DNA from: Bacilli bacterium
GTDB lineage: Bacteria; Bacillota_I; Bacilli_A; RF39; UBA660
DNA: 64,000 bases
Reading direction: 5' to 3'
NCBI GenBank assembly: GCA_017435465.1
Contig: JAFSEX010000006.1
Span: forward strand, 12,697-76,696
Position 1 is the first letter of the stretch. Each line of letters opens with the position of its first letter. The notes beneath the pieces are model-generated. The model had not been told where the DNA came from, ran no database searches, and saw nothing but the letters and a program-made list of their open reading frames with translations. Below, piece by piece: positions 37,389-48,173 of this stretch. A program made the translations under genes and the position numbers.

Positions 37389-39014
37389 TTATTTAATTAA
37401 TTTAGCATGTACTACTAATCTTTTAGTACCTTTTTCAGCACATGTAGATAATGTCAATATCTTATCATCACTTGTTACATTAATTCCAAAATCATACACA
37501 CTCATAGATTTTCTTTGATCTAAGAAATCTTGATGTATTTTTTTAGTACTAAATCTTGTATATAAATAATCACTTGTAGGTTCCGATATATATATTGAGA
37601 ATATTTGCCATTTCATTTGTTCATTAGGAGTATTAAATGTAATAATATGATTATTAGAATTATTTAACCATTTTTCTTTTAATAAATTGTGTAGAGTAGT
37701 AAACATTAAAGTTCCTTTTCTTAAATTATGTCCATATATAATAGTATTACTACTTAATTCATCAATATTATTTCTATAATCCATATATATCCAACCAATA
37801 CCATTAGTTTTTTTATAGAATGTATGATTTAAATAATATTGATTATTGTCAGCTTGTACAACTGGATAGTTAATACTTGTATTGTTAACCTTTAACCATC
37901 CAACAGTATCAGGATTTATTGATTTTAATTTATCGTAATCTTCAGTTAAAGGATCACTTTTTTCTACTTCTTCTGTATTAACCTCTTCCTCAATATCTTC
38001 ATTAACTATTGGTTCTTCATTAACTTCTTGTTTTGGTTCATCTTGTATATTATTATTAGCAAGTTCTTGAAGTTCGTTTACCGTTTTAGAAGCAGAGTAA
38101 TTATAATATAATTGATATCCAAGTAATCCTAAAGCTAAAGCTATTAAAATACAACCACATACCTTTAAATAGCTTATGTTCCATTGTTTAACATATTTTT
38201 CATTTTTATATTCATTTGAGTATTTAATGCGTATACTAATATTGTTACTTTTCTTTAATTTCTTATTTAAAACTTTTAAATAAGGTATAGATTCTTCTAC
38301 ATTAGAAAAATTTTTATTATCCGTATAAATAGATATTTTTATATTTCTAACATTGTTTTCCTTTAATATTTCAACAATTTTTTTTATATCACCAATAAAA
38401 TAATATTTAATAATAATATTTTTTAGTTTTCGATTTATTTTACAAAATGTTTCAAAATCACCAATATCATCATCATTCATAAGCTTTTCAAAACAAATTG
38501 TATCTTTATAATATATACTACTAAAAGTAGTTAACTTATTGTTTGAAATAAAATTACTTACTGAGAATATTTCGCATCTCAAATCTATTTTTATATTATT
38601 ATTTTGATTTATTTTCTCAAACATGAATTCAGGCATATCATAACAATTTATATAAGTTAAATTATTATTATTTGATAATTTATCACATAAATCAAAATTT
38701 AATTTTTCATTAGGTGTTATATATATATTGGTTAAGTCTTTTATGTTTTCAATAATATCTAGAGTTAAATCAATTAATTCATAATCATTAATAACAATAG
38801 AGTGTAGGTGCTTTTCAGCAATTATTCCTTTTAAGAAGTAGGATATAATATCTTTATTGTTTCTCATATATTTTTCATTAAATACTAAATTACTATTATC
38901 AATAATATTAGTATAATCACTTATATCAATAAATTCTGGATCTTCTATTTTATAAGAGAATATTATACTACTATCATCTGTAGTAACAACAATCTTTTTG
39001 ATATATATCACCAC
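37389..39014 (-). CDS. Class B sortase with an unusual ~280-aa N-terminal cytoplasmic (LRR-like) domain
   Basis: C-terminal 230 aa carry SrtB hallmarks: GWLKV..T.INYPVVQ..DN.YYL, IIYGHN, LTLSTC. A TM segment lies at ~aa 285-305. The start codon is uncertain (GTG). Confidence 0.75.
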   Translation of the reverse strand: MVIYIKKIVVTTDDSSIIFSYKIEDPEFIDISDYTNIIDNSNLVFNEKYMRNNKDIISYFLKGIIAEKHLHSIVINDYELIDLTLDIIENIKDLTNIYITPNEKLNFDLCDKLSNNNNLTYINCYDMPEFMFEKINQNNNIKIDLRCEIFSVSNFISNNKLTTFSSIYYKDTICFEKLMNDDDIGDFETFCKINRKLKNIIIKYYFIGDIKKIVEILKENNVRNIKISIYTDNKNFSNVEESIPYLKVLNKKLKKSNNISIRIKYSNEYKNEKYVKQWNISYLKVCGCILIALALGLLGYQLYYNYSASKTVNELQELANNNIQDEPKQEVNEEPIVNEDIEEEVNTEEVEKSDPLTEDYDKLKSINPDTVGWLKVNNTSINYPVVQADNNQYYLNHTFYKKTNGIGWIYMDYRNNIDELSSNTIIYGHNLRKGTLMFTTLHNLLKEKWLNNSNNHIITFNTPNEQMKWQIFSIYISEPTSDYLYTRFSTKKIHQDFLDQRKSMSVYDFGINVTSDDKILTLSTCAEKGTKRLVVHAKLIK

Positions 39015-39160
39015 CTAACTACTATATACTATTAATATAATAACATATTTTATAAAAAAAATCACTATTATTGTCGAAATTTGTAACTTGATTATTTTAG
39101 TTCTTGATTATTATTTTGAGTTATTATATAATAATGTGGTAAATGAGGAGGAATTATAAA

Positions 39161-40420
39161 ATGGCTAAAGAAAAAAAAGCAAACAATATACATGAAATAA
39201 GTGTAAAAATTGAAGGAAAAGAATGGGAAGATGCTTTAACTAAAGCATTTGAAAAAGCAAATAAAAACGCTAAAATCGATGGTTTTAGACCTGGTAAAGC
39301 TCCAAGACATATTTTTGAAAAGAAATATGGTAAAGAATCTTTATATATGGATGCGGTTGATTTAGTATTACAAGATAAATATACTAAAGTAATTGAAGAT
39401 TCTAAATTAGAACCAGTTGTTCAACCTAAAGTTGATATTAAAAGTATCGATGAAAATGGTGTAGAATTAATTTTTGTTATTACTACTAAACCGGAAGTTA
39501 AATTAGGGAAATATAAAGATTTAGGAATTAAAAAAGATGTAGTTAAAGTAACTAAAAAAGAAGTAGAAGAAAGATTAGAAGAACTACAAAAACAATATGC
39601 TGAAATCGTTGTAAAAGACGGAGCAATTGAAGAAGGAGATACTGCTATTATTGATTTTGATGGATATTTAGATGGTGTTCAATTTGAAGGTGGAAAAGGA
39701 GAAAACTATCCACTAGGAATTGGTAGTCATACATTTATTCCAGGATTTGAAGAACAATTAGTTGGAATGAAGAGTGAAGAAGAAAAAGACATCAATGTTA
39801 CTTTCCCAGAAGACTATCCAGCTGAAAACTTAAAAGGAAAAGAAGTAGTATTCAAGGTTAAAGTTCACGAAGTTAAAACAAAAGTATTACCTGAGTTAGA
39901 CGAAGAATTTTTCTTAGATTTAGGTATGGATGATGTTAAAAATAAAGAAGAATTATTAAATAAATTAGAAGAAGAAATTAAAGCACATAAAGAATATGAT
40001 GCTGAAAACAGACATGTAGATGAAGCATTAGAAATGGTTGCTAAAGAAACTGAAGTTGATATTCCAGTTGAATTTGTAGATGCTGAAGTTGAAAGAATGT
40101 TTAATCAATTTGAACAAAATATTGCAATGCAAGGATTAAAAGTTGATCAATACTGTGAATTTTTAAAAACTGATATTGAAACTATTAAAAATCAAATGAG
40201 AGAAGAAGCAGAAAAAAGAGTTAAATATAGATTTGTATTAGAACAAATTGCTGAAGTAGAAAAAATAGAAATTTCTGATGATGAAGCTAATGCTGAAGCT
40301 GAAGAAATGGCTAAAAGATACGAAATGACAACTGAAGAACTTCTTAAAGCATTTGGTGGACTAGATATGATTAAATATGATTTACAAATGAAAAAAGCAA
40401 TCGAAATTATTACAAAATAA
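39161..40420 (+). CDS. tig: Trigger factor
   Basis: GFRPGKAP ribosome-binding signature, FKBP-type PPIase core (IDFDGYLDGVQFEGG), SD GAGGAGG. Confidence 0.9.
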   Translation: MAKEKKANNIHEISVKIEGKEWEDALTKAFEKANKNAKIDGFRPGKAPRHIFEKKYGKESLYMDAVDLVLQDKYTKVIEDSKLEPVVQPKVDIKSIDENGVELIFVITTKPEVKLGKYKDLGIKKDVVKVTKKEVEERLEELQKQYAEIVVKDGAIEEGDTAIIDFDGYLDGVQFEGGKGENYPLGIGSHTFIPGFEEQLVGMKSEEEKDINVTFPEDYPAENLKGKEVVFKVKVHEVKTKVLPELDEEFFLDLGMDDVKNKEELLNKLEEEIKAHKEYDAENRHVDEALEMVAKETEVDIPVEFVDAEVERMFNQFEQNIAMQGLKVDQYCEFLKTDIETIKNQMREEAEKRVKYRFVLEQIAEVEKIEISDDEANAEAEEMAKRYEMTTEELLKAFGGLDMIKYDLQMKKAIEIITK

Positions 40421-40447
40421 AAGAGCTTATTTATAAAGCTCTTTTCT
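40420..40447. terminator. Bidirectional hairpin between tig and the convergent lipoprotein gene
   Basis: AAGAGCTT/AAGCTCTT stem flanked by A- and T-runs. Confidence 0.6.
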
Positions 40448-41290
40448 TATTTTCTCAATGTTTGCTTTCATTATGGATATATAATCTAATTCATTTTTTC
40501 TATCTTCTTCACTAAGAATAGATAGGCTATGTAATGATACGGTTTCTACATCAGTTGAATCAAGTATACTTTGAATTGTTGAATTTACTTCCTCATTATC
40601 CTTAATAAATATATATTGAATAGTTCCATTTTTAATCAAGTTTTTAGCATCACTAATTATTTTTGCGTTCAAGTTTTCATTTTCTTCTAAAGATATAACA
40701 TTAAAACCATACTTTTCTAAAAATTTAAATACATCATCAGAAACAACGATTGATTTATTTGAAGCATTTTCAATAGCTTCTTTAAACTCAACATCAAGTG
40801 CTGAAACTTGAATGTTTAATTTATCATAGTTTTTTTCAATTTCTCCCATAAGATATGGATCATCTACATATTCATTAAATCCAGATTTTATATTTTGAGC
40901 AAGCATTAAGAAATTAAATGGATCTAACCATAATTCTTCAACATGATATGTATAATCCATACCTTTTGCGGCATCAATTATTTTAATATTTTTATTAATA
41001 TTTAATAATTCAATCGCATAATCCGGTTCGTTACTTGTACCATTATAAATAAACAAATCATTATTACTAAAATCATTTAATTGTTTTTTAGTTAATTTAT
41101 AATTTTCTAAACTAATTTCATCTGGATAAATACTTCCAACACCTTCTGCATGATCACCATATAAAACACTAGTGATATACTCAATAGGGTAAACAGTGGT
41201 TTTAATTTTTATGTCTTCCATATTATCAGATTTAAAACACCCTGTCATAAAACAACAACACAATAAAATACCTAAAATTTTCTTTTTCAT
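40427..41290 (-). CDS. Metal (Zn/Mn) ABC-transporter substrate-binding lipoprotein, ZnuA/TroA-like
   Basis: Lipobox [10 protein letters not shown]; size and layout fit cluster-9 SBPs. No cognate permease or ATPase in the window. Confidence 0.5.
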   Translation of the reverse strand: MKKKILGILLCCCFMTGCFKSDNMEDIKIKTTVYPIEYITSVLYGDHAEGVGSIYPDEISLENYKLTKKQLNDFSNNDLFIYNGTSNEPDYAIELLNINKNIKIIDAAKGMDYTYHVEELWLDPFNFLMLAQNIKSGFNEYVDDPYLMGEIEKNYDKLNIQVSALDVEFKEAIENASNKSIVVSDDVFKFLEKYGFNVISLEENENLNAKIISDAKNLIKNGTIQYIFIKDNEEVNSTIQSILDSTDVETVSLHSLSILSEEDRKNELDYISIMKANIEKIRKELYK

Positions 41291-41511
41291 TTTTGCCTCC
41301 TAATTTCTGGTACCGGATCATATCCATAAGTTCCCCACGGGTTACATTTAAATATTCTTTTAATTGTTAAAAAAGAACCTTTAATACTCCCATATTTTTT
41401 TATAGCTTCAATTCCATAATTAGAGCAAGTAGGAATATGTCTACAAGAATTATGCCATGGTCCGGGTACCTTTTGATAAATTTTTATACAACCAATTAAA
41501 ATATGTTTCAT
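41287..41511 (-). CDS. yidD: Membrane protein insertion efficiency factor YidD
   Basis: IKIYQK....[17 protein letters not shown]...G..L...RI.KCNPW. Confidence 0.85.
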   Translation of the reverse strand: MKHILIGCIKIYQKVPGPWHNSCRHIPTCSNYGIEAIKKYGSIKGSFLTIKRIFKCNPWGTYGYDPVPEIRRQK

Positions 41512-41609
41512 TAAACCACCTTACATTCATTTTACTATTTTTTTTGATAGTTTTAAATATAATTTGCTAAAAAAGTTATTTTAATATATAATTAATATAG
41601 GTGGTTGAC

Positions 41610-42278
41610 ATGAATTTTTTAAAAAAGTTTAATATAATTCCCAAAAATATAGAATATTATAATATTGCTTTTACACATACTTCATATTCTTATGAAAATA
41701 ATTTAAGTTATAATTATGAACGTTTAGAATTTTTAGGAGATGCGGTATTAGAATTAGTTATTACTGATTATCTATATAATAATATGAATGCCCTAGAAGG
41801 TGAAATGACTAAACTTAGGGCAAGTTATGTATGTGAAAACGCTTTATATGAATACGCAAAAGAAATAGAATTAAGTACATTTATTAAAGTTGGACATGGT
41901 GAAAAAATGTCTGGTGGTCAAAATAAAAAGACAATAATGGCTGATGTTTTTGAAGCATTAATTGGTGCGATATATCTAGATTTAGGATATGTTAAGGCAA
42001 AACATTTTATTGATAGTGTAGTTTTACCACATATTCAAAACAATGAAAATAACGACTTTTTAAGGGATTATAAATCAGAATTACAAGAATTAGTTCAAAC
42101 AAATAAAAAATCTGTTACATATGAAGTAGTAGGAGAGTCAGGACCTGCACATAATAAAACATTTGAAGTTATTGCGATGGTTGAAGGAATAGTTTTTGGT
42201 AAAGCAAAAGCAAAATCTAAAAAAGAAGCTGAACAAATGGCTGCAAAAGTAGCACTTGAAAAACAAGTAAATAACTAA
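41610..42278 (+). CDS. rnc: Ribonuclease III
   Basis: ERLEFLGDAVLELV signature and a C-terminal dsRBD (GPAHNKTFEV...SKKEAEQMAA). Confidence 0.9.
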   Translation: MNFLKKFNIIPKNIEYYNIAFTHTSYSYENNLSYNYERLEFLGDAVLELVITDYLYNNMNALEGEMTKLRASYVCENALYEYAKEIELSTFIKVGHGEKMSGGQNKKTIMADVFEALIGAIYLDLGYVKAKHFIDSVVLPHIQNNENNDFLRDYKSELQELVQTNKKSVTYEVVGESGPAHNKTFEVIAMVEGIVFGKAKAKSKKEAEQMAAKVALEKQVNN

Positions 42279-42362
42279 AAATTGAAAAATTTATAAATTA
42301 GATAAGAAATAATAATAGAAAAAGAAAAAAATCTATAATTGTTTTTAAATATGTAAAAATAT

Positions 42363-43472
42363 CTATTGTTTTTTAGCAATAGATATTTTATTATTTTTTA
42401 ATCTAATAAAGATTAGTATAGGAATAATAATAAGGGAAATTAAAATTATATATGAATAATTATTAATAATTAAATTTTTAAATTCAATTGAATTAGATAA
42501 AAGAATACTAGATAATAAAAATAATATTATAGAGAATAGAATAGTAATGAATTTGTTACTTTTCTTTTTATATATTTTAAATGTCGAACTTACATATTTT
42601 TTCAAAAAATATAAAGTTATAACAATAAATACAAAGGCTTCAAATATCCAACTTATTGATAAAATGTTTTCTACACGTTCAAAAAAATGAAAATATTCTA
42701 TTTGCTTTAATACAACATAAGTTGGATATTCAAATATATCAGTTATACTACCAAGTATTCCAATAGTAGAAAATAAAGTTAAAAAAGTAATACCTAAAGA
42801 ACTAATATATCCTAGTATTATACTCTTAGTATAATTTTTTTCTTTAATAATTATTTTATGGGGAATAATACTAAGCATAAAAATTGGTGTTACACTAAAC
42901 AAAATATAATTGTATGAAGAAGACAATACTTTATCAATAGAAATATGAAACAATGGCTTAAAATTATTTATATCAATATAATATATTAAAGAAATTAAAC
43001 TAATAACAAATAAACTTAATATTGATATACATAAAATTTGAGAAGTTCTACATATAGTTTCAATTCCCTTAACTGCACAATAAGTACAAACTATAACAAA
43101 TAAAAAACTAACTGGAACAATAGGAATTCCTACACTATAATTTGTAAAAATAAAAGTGCATATATTAAGTAAAATAATCGCACTAGATATAATAACTCCT
43201 AAAACAATTATCAAATTAATGAGATTTCCATATATTTTCCCAAACATTTTAAGGTTTAATTCAATAATATTTAACTTATTATCATATTTAGTAATATAAA
43301 TATACATTAAAATTAAAAATATCGAAATAGTAGACCCTAATATTAAAGGCATCCAAATATTTTGTTTACTAGTTTTAAGAAGATATTGTGTAATAGGAAA
43401 TAAAGATGCCCTAGAAAGTAAAAAGGTTAAAACTCCTATTTGAAGAGAACTTATTTTCTTAGTATCTGTCAT
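42363..43472 (-). CDS. Spore germinant receptor B subunit (GerAB/GerKB family permease-like)
   Basis: ~10-TM protein starting ...ISSLQIGVLTFLL, in an operon with the A and C subunits. Confidence 0.75.
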   Translation of the reverse strand: MTDTKKISSLQIGVLTFLLSRASLFPITQYLLKTSKQNIWMPLILGSTISIFLILMYIYITKYDNKLNIIELNLKMFGKIYGNLINLIIVLGVIISSAIILLNICTFIFTNYSVGIPIVPVSFLFVIVCTYCAVKGIETICRTSQILCISILSLFVISLISLIYYIDINNFKPLFHISIDKVLSSSYNYILFSVTPIFMLSIIPHKIIIKEKNYTKSIILGYISSLGITFLTLFSTIGILGSITDIFEYPTYVVLKQIEYFHFFERVENILSISWIFEAFVFIVITLYFLKKYVSSTFKIYKKKSNKFITILFSIILFLLSSILLSNSIEFKNLIINNYSYIILISLIIIPILIFIRLKNNKISIAKKQ

Positions 43473-43476
43473 GTTT

Positions 43477-44586
43477 TCACCTCACAGTTTTTAGAATACT
43501 ACCTTCATTATTTAATTTAATATTTATGTTAGTTTCAATTTCTAAACTAGGATAAATTTTATTATTCCAATTATTTTCTATAGCTTTAAAATAACTATAA
43601 TTATTTTGATATAGTAATCTACCAAAACCAAATATGTCACTTTTAAAATCTTCTTTAGTAACACTAATAACTTTTTCAATATACTTATTTATTTCATTTT
43701 TAACTTCAGTTCTAACTTTATCTAAATCATTAATTCCATCTTTACAATTAACTTCTGTAATCAAAGCATCTACATCTATATCCAAATAAATTATAGGTTT
43801 ATTGTTTTCAAATTTATTACTCATTGTAGTCTTAGAATTAGTAATATTAATACCAATATAACTATTTCCATCACATTTATAATTAATATTAGCATTTTTA
43901 ATATTATCTATAATAAAATTATAACCAATATTTTCATCATCGTTTAAATAACCAACTAACTTTTCATTTTTAAAAACCGCAATATGATTAATAGATAAAT
44001 TATCTTCATTAATACTAATCGCACTTAAAACAGGATTTTTACCGTGAGTATTTAAATCAGACATAAATTTAGTAAATTTTATATTTACGCTATCTCCTTG
44101 AACATTTGAAGACACTTCAACACTACCAAGTATATTTCCTGTAGGGTAAGTTGTATTACTTTCTAACTTTTTTAATGTATCTTCAATTTTATTATCTTTT
44201 GAAACTAACATAGTAAAGTTTTTACTAACATCACTATTCCTTAAAAAATAATCTGTTATATAATTTATGTTATCTTTAGCTAAATTTTCACTAACTAAAA
44301 CAAGACTTAAATGTCCCAAATATAATTTCTTAGAAGTTTTAACAAAAAAATTATTTAAAGCTTCAGAAATATTATTTCCATAAGTAGTATAAACTAAGCT
44401 TTGTTCCATATTTTCTTGATCGTTTTCTTCCTTTTTACTAGTATTTAAAATTTGAATAGAAACTACATATTTATTGTCTTGAATATCAATTCCCATAGAA
44501 TTTACAATAGATAAATTATTTATTTCTTGATTACTTTGACATCCACATAAAAATAAAGTTATTAATAAAATTATATATTTTTTCAT
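43477..44586 (-). CDS. Spore germinant receptor C subunit lipoprotein (Ger(x)C family)
   Basis: Lipobox LFLCGC, typical size, operon context. Confidence 0.75.
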   Translation of the reverse strand: MKKYIILLITLFLCGCQSNQEINNLSIVNSMGIDIQDNKYVVSIQILNTSKKEENDQENMEQSLVYTTYGNNISEALNNFFVKTSKKLYLGHLSLVLVSENLAKDNINYITDYFLRNSDVSKNFTMLVSKDNKIEDTLKKLESNTTYPTGNILGSVEVSSNVQGDSVNIKFTKFMSDLNTHGKNPVLSAISINEDNLSINHIAVFKNEKLVGYLNDDENIGYNFIIDNIKNANINYKCDGNSYIGINITNSKTTMSNKFENNKPIIYLDIDVDALITEVNCKDGINDLDKVRTEVKNEINKYIEKVISVTKEDFKSDIFGFGRLLYQNNYSYFKAIENNWNNKIYPSLEIETNINIKLNNEGSILKTVR

Positions 44587-46067
44587 TCATTATCACCTGG
44601 TTTTTCCTTTTTAAAACGAATTATATTTTTTTTCGCAGTTATAGGATTACGTTTAAATAATTTATCCTTTGATAATCTTATAATTGAATCCTTTTGACTA
44701 GTTAAATTAAAGGGTGCAAAAGGGAACATAAAAGGTTTTCCAAAAGATTTAATACTAGTTATTTTTATAATAAAATATATACCAATTAAAATAATTCCAT
44801 ATAGACCAAAGAAGGATGCCGCAATTAAAAATAATATTCTCCAAGTACGTATCGCATTTACAACATCAATTGAAGAAAAAACTAAACTAGAAATTGCGGT
44901 AATAGAAATTACAATTACCATAATAGGAGATACAATTCCTGCAGATACAGCAGCATCTCCTAAAACAATACCACCCAAAATAGATACCGCACTACCACCA
45001 ACACTAGGAAGTCTAATATCACTTTCTCTTAAGATTTCAAATGTAATCATCATAATTAATGCTTCAATAAAACCTGGAAAAGGAACACCTTGCCTTTGAG
45101 TTGCGAAATTCATAAGCAAGCCTGTAGGAATAGAAGAATAGTTATGCGTGGTTACCGCAACATAATAAGCAGGGGTAATAATAGAAATAATAAAAGCTAA
45201 AACTCTCACAATACGTATAAATGTAATATTAGAAGCTTTTTGATAATAATCTTCAGAAGTATGGAAATAATCTATAAAGAAAGTGGGAATAATAAGTACA
45301 AAAGGCGTATTATCAACTAAAATTACAATTTTACCTTCAAGTAGTGCCATACTAGCTTTATCTGGTCTTTCAGTACTCATTAAAGTAGGGAAGTTAGATT
45401 TATTATCATCTTCAATTAATTCTCTTAAATACCCACTATCTATAATTGCATCAATATCTATATTTTCAATTTTTTTAATTATCTCATTTACTAGTGTTTC
45501 TTCTGCAATATCTTTAATATAAGCAATTCCAACTTTAGTAATGCTCCTTCTACCCACATTAACTTCATGAACCCATAATTTAGGATCTTTTATTCTTCTT
45601 CTAATTAATCCTAAATTTAAAATAAAGTTTTCAGTAAAACCGTCTTTTGGACCTCTTACAATAGCTTCAGAAGTTGCCTCACTAACACCCCTTGATAAAT
45701 TACGTCTAGTTTCAACTGCAATTGCTTCTTTAGGTCCATCCATAATAACAATTCCAAAACCATTAAATAAATAATATAATAAATCTTCATACGACTCAAA
45801 TTTTTTCATACTTGCGCCCGCAATTGAATTAAACATGACATCAAGTATATTTTTAGAATTTATCTTTTTATCATACAGAATTTTTTTCTCAACTGTTTTT
45901 AAAATAAAATTATTAATTTGCTCACTATCTGATATAGTTTCTATATAAATAGTTGCCATATAAGTATTAGAAATTCTAATTTCTTTGATAGTTATATCTG
46001 GACTATTTCCTGTTAATTTTTTAATTTTATCAATAATTGTTTTAATGTTTTTATCCAATTTAGTCAT
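44583..46067 (-). CDS. Spore germinant receptor A subunit (GerAA/GerKA family)
   Basis: Soluble N-terminal domain plus a C-terminal TM bundle, motif RGPKDGFTE; SD GTGGTGA before ATG (complement 46065-67). Confidence 0.8.
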   Translation of the reverse strand: MTKLDKNIKTIIDKIKKLTGNSPDITIKEIRISNTYMATIYIETISDSEQINNFILKTVEKKILYDKKINSKNILDVMFNSIAGASMKKFESYEDLLYYLFNGFGIVIMDGPKEAIAVETRRNLSRGVSEATSEAIVRGPKDGFTENFILNLGLIRRRIKDPKLWVHEVNVGRRSITKVGIAYIKDIAEETLVNEIIKKIENIDIDAIIDSGYLRELIEDDNKSNFPTLMSTERPDKASMALLEGKIVILVDNTPFVLIIPTFFIDYFHTSEDYYQKASNITFIRIVRVLAFIISIITPAYYVAVTTHNYSSIPTGLLMNFATQRQGVPFPGFIEALIMMITFEILRESDIRLPSVGGSAVSILGGIVLGDAAVSAGIVSPIMVIVISITAISSLVFSSIDVVNAIRTWRILFLIAASFFGLYGIILIGIYFIIKITSIKSFGKPFMFPFAPFNLTSQKDSIIRLSKDKLFKRNPITAKKNIIRFKKEKPGDNE

Positions 46068-46182
46068 ATAATCACCACACTTATTTACAATTAGTTTTAA
46101 CAAATATTAAATAAATATAATAATTATCTTGTATTAATTTTATTTTTAAGATATTATAAAATTAGTATAGGAGTAGTGAATT

Positions 46183-47271
46183 ATGAAGAATGTATTTAAC
46201 AAAGTTAAAGAATTAGTTATGAAAAATAAAGAAATTAGCATTTTGGTATTATTAGTTATAATTATTGGTGGTGGATTTGCTATAAAAACAATTTTCTTTG
46301 ATAAAAAAGAAACTAAAAATGAAGAAAAAGTTGAAGAAAAAAAAGAAGAGAAAGAAGAAATAGTAGAACCCGTAAAAAAATTACAAATTATTGATTTAGA
46401 TTCAACTACTAGACCTGTTGGTGTTATGTATGATAATGTAAAGGCTGCACTCCCACAAGCTGGACTTAATGATGCGTATTTAGTTTATGAAATTATTGTT
46501 GAAGGTGGATTTACAAGATTATTTGCATTATTTAAGGATTCTAATACTGAAATGATTGGACCAGTTAGAAGTTTAAGACATTACTATATTGATTATGCAT
46601 TAGAAAATAATGCAGTACTTGCACATTTTGGACAAAGTCCTAAAGCTGAATCAGATTTAAGTGCTTTAGGAATAAATAATTTAAATGGAATGATAAATCC
46701 AGGGAGTATGTACTGGAGAGACAGCAAGGTTACAAAAGCTCCGCATAATGCATTTACTTCAATGACAAATATAAGAACACAAATGGAAAAGTTGGGATAT
46801 AATAAGGAAGTCACTGATACACTTTTAAATTATAGTGTAGATGAAATTGATTTAAGTTTAATGGAAGGAGCAGTAGTCGCAAACAATATAGAAATTCCAT
46901 ATTCTTATTCACATAAAACAACTTATGAATATGACATAGTTAATAAGGTATATAAAAGAAGTATGAATGGTAATGCTCATGTTGATAGAATTACTGGGGT
47001 ACAATATACTGTAAAAAATATAATTGTATATAATGTTAAAAACTATAATTTACCTGATGTTGAAAATAAAGGTAGACAAGATTTATCAAATATAGGAACA
47101 GGACTTGGGTATTATATTAGTAATGGATATGCGGTTCCAATAACATATGAAAAAACAAGTAGAGCTGGTAAAACAGTTTATAAATATATGAATGGTGAAG
47201 AAATCAATGTTAATGATGGTAATACATATATTCAAATTCAACCATCAAATAAAGTAACCGTAATACAATAA
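46183..47271 (+). CDS. DUF3048 (YerB-like) exported protein
   Basis: N-terminal TM segment, then RPVGVMYDN...QAGLNDAYLVYEIIVEGGFTRLFALF, typical of DUF3048. Confidence 0.65.
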   Translation: MKNVFNKVKELVMKNKEISILVLLVIIIGGGFAIKTIFFDKKETKNEEKVEEKKEEKEEIVEPVKKLQIIDLDSTTRPVGVMYDNVKAALPQAGLNDAYLVYEIIVEGGFTRLFALFKDSNTEMIGPVRSLRHYYIDYALENNAVLAHFGQSPKAESDLSALGINNLNGMINPGSMYWRDSKVTKAPHNAFTSMTNIRTQMEKLGYNKEVTDTLLNYSVDEIDLSLMEGAVVANNIEIPYSYSHKTTYEYDIVNKVYKRSMNGNAHVDRITGVQYTVKNIIVYNVKNYNLPDVENKGRQDLSNIGTGLGYYISNGYAVPITYEKTSRAGKTVYKYMNGEEINVNDGNTYIQIQPSNKVTVIQ

Positions 47272-47291
47272 AAGACAGAAAATTCTGTCTT

Positions 47292-48173
47292 TTATTTATT
47301 ATAAATTCTATAAAAATTGATTGATGGTTTATTAAATAATCTAAATGGATATGTTGTAGTACCAAGTCCATATGATACATAAAGATCAGTATTATTAATT
47401 TTGTAATGACTATTTGGATATTTTTTAGCATCCTTAACTTTCATCATAGGTCCAAAATAAGGTAATCTAATTTGTCCACCATGAGAATGACCAGCAAGTG
47501 CTAAATCCATAGATTGATATTCTAATACATTATCAATATTATCTGGTTCATGCATTAACATAAGTCTAAAAATATCTTTATTATTAGTTTCAATATTAAA
47601 ATATTCTAAAGTTTTTTCATAATCAATATTAGTTTTAATACTACTACTTAATCCACCAATATAAATGAAATCTTTTTTCTCATTATATATTAAATCATAA
47701 CCATTTTCTAAAATATAAAAATCACTATTTTCCATTATTTCTAAAAATGAATCAGAACTATAATCATGATTACCCTTAACAGAATATTTACCATATTTAG
47801 AATCTATTTTTTTTAATGTTTTGGAAATATCATTAATCATTTTATTAGTAATATCAATATCTTTATCAATTAAATCCCCAGTAAATACTACAATATCAGG
47901 ATTAATTAAATTAATTTTTTCTACAACTCTTTCTAACTTATTTTTATTTATTGTTTTTCCATAATGAATATCACTTAAATGTACAACTTTTAAACCATTA
48001 AATGATTCAGGTAATGTTTCCTTTACAACTTTTATTTCATTTACGATTAATCCACTTGTACTTATAAATCTTGCCCAAATAAATACACAACCTATTAAAG
48101 CAATAATAGTTAAAACTATTAACAAAAATAATTTTAATTTACTTATTTTATACTTGTCGCTACGTTTTCTCAT
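47292..48173 (-). CDS. Membrane-anchored metallophosphoesterase (YkuE-like)
   Basis: HLSDIHYG, GDLID, GNHD, GHSHGGQ motifs. Confidence 0.8.
   Translation of the reverse strand: MRKRSDKYKISKLKLFLLIVLTIIALIGCVFIWARFISTSGLIVNEIKVVKETLPESFNGLKVVHLSDIHYGKTINKNKLERVVEKINLINPDIVVFTGDLIDKDIDITNKMINDISKTLKKIDSKYGKYSVKGNHDYSSDSFLEIMENSDFYILENGYDLIYNEKKDFIYIGGLSSSIKTNIDYEKTLEYFNIETNNKDIFRLMLMHEPDNIDNVLEYQSMDLALAGHSHGGQIRLPYFGPMMKVKDAKKYPNSHYKINNTDLYVSYGLGTTTYPFRLFNKPSINFYRIYNK

Noticed and set aside
40427-41290. ZnuA-like lipoprotein as evidence of a complete metal ABC importer
   Set aside because: No permease or ATPase genes are adjacent. The upstream gene on the minus strand is yidD; downstream is the convergent tig. 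Only the binding-protein call is retained, at moderate confidence.
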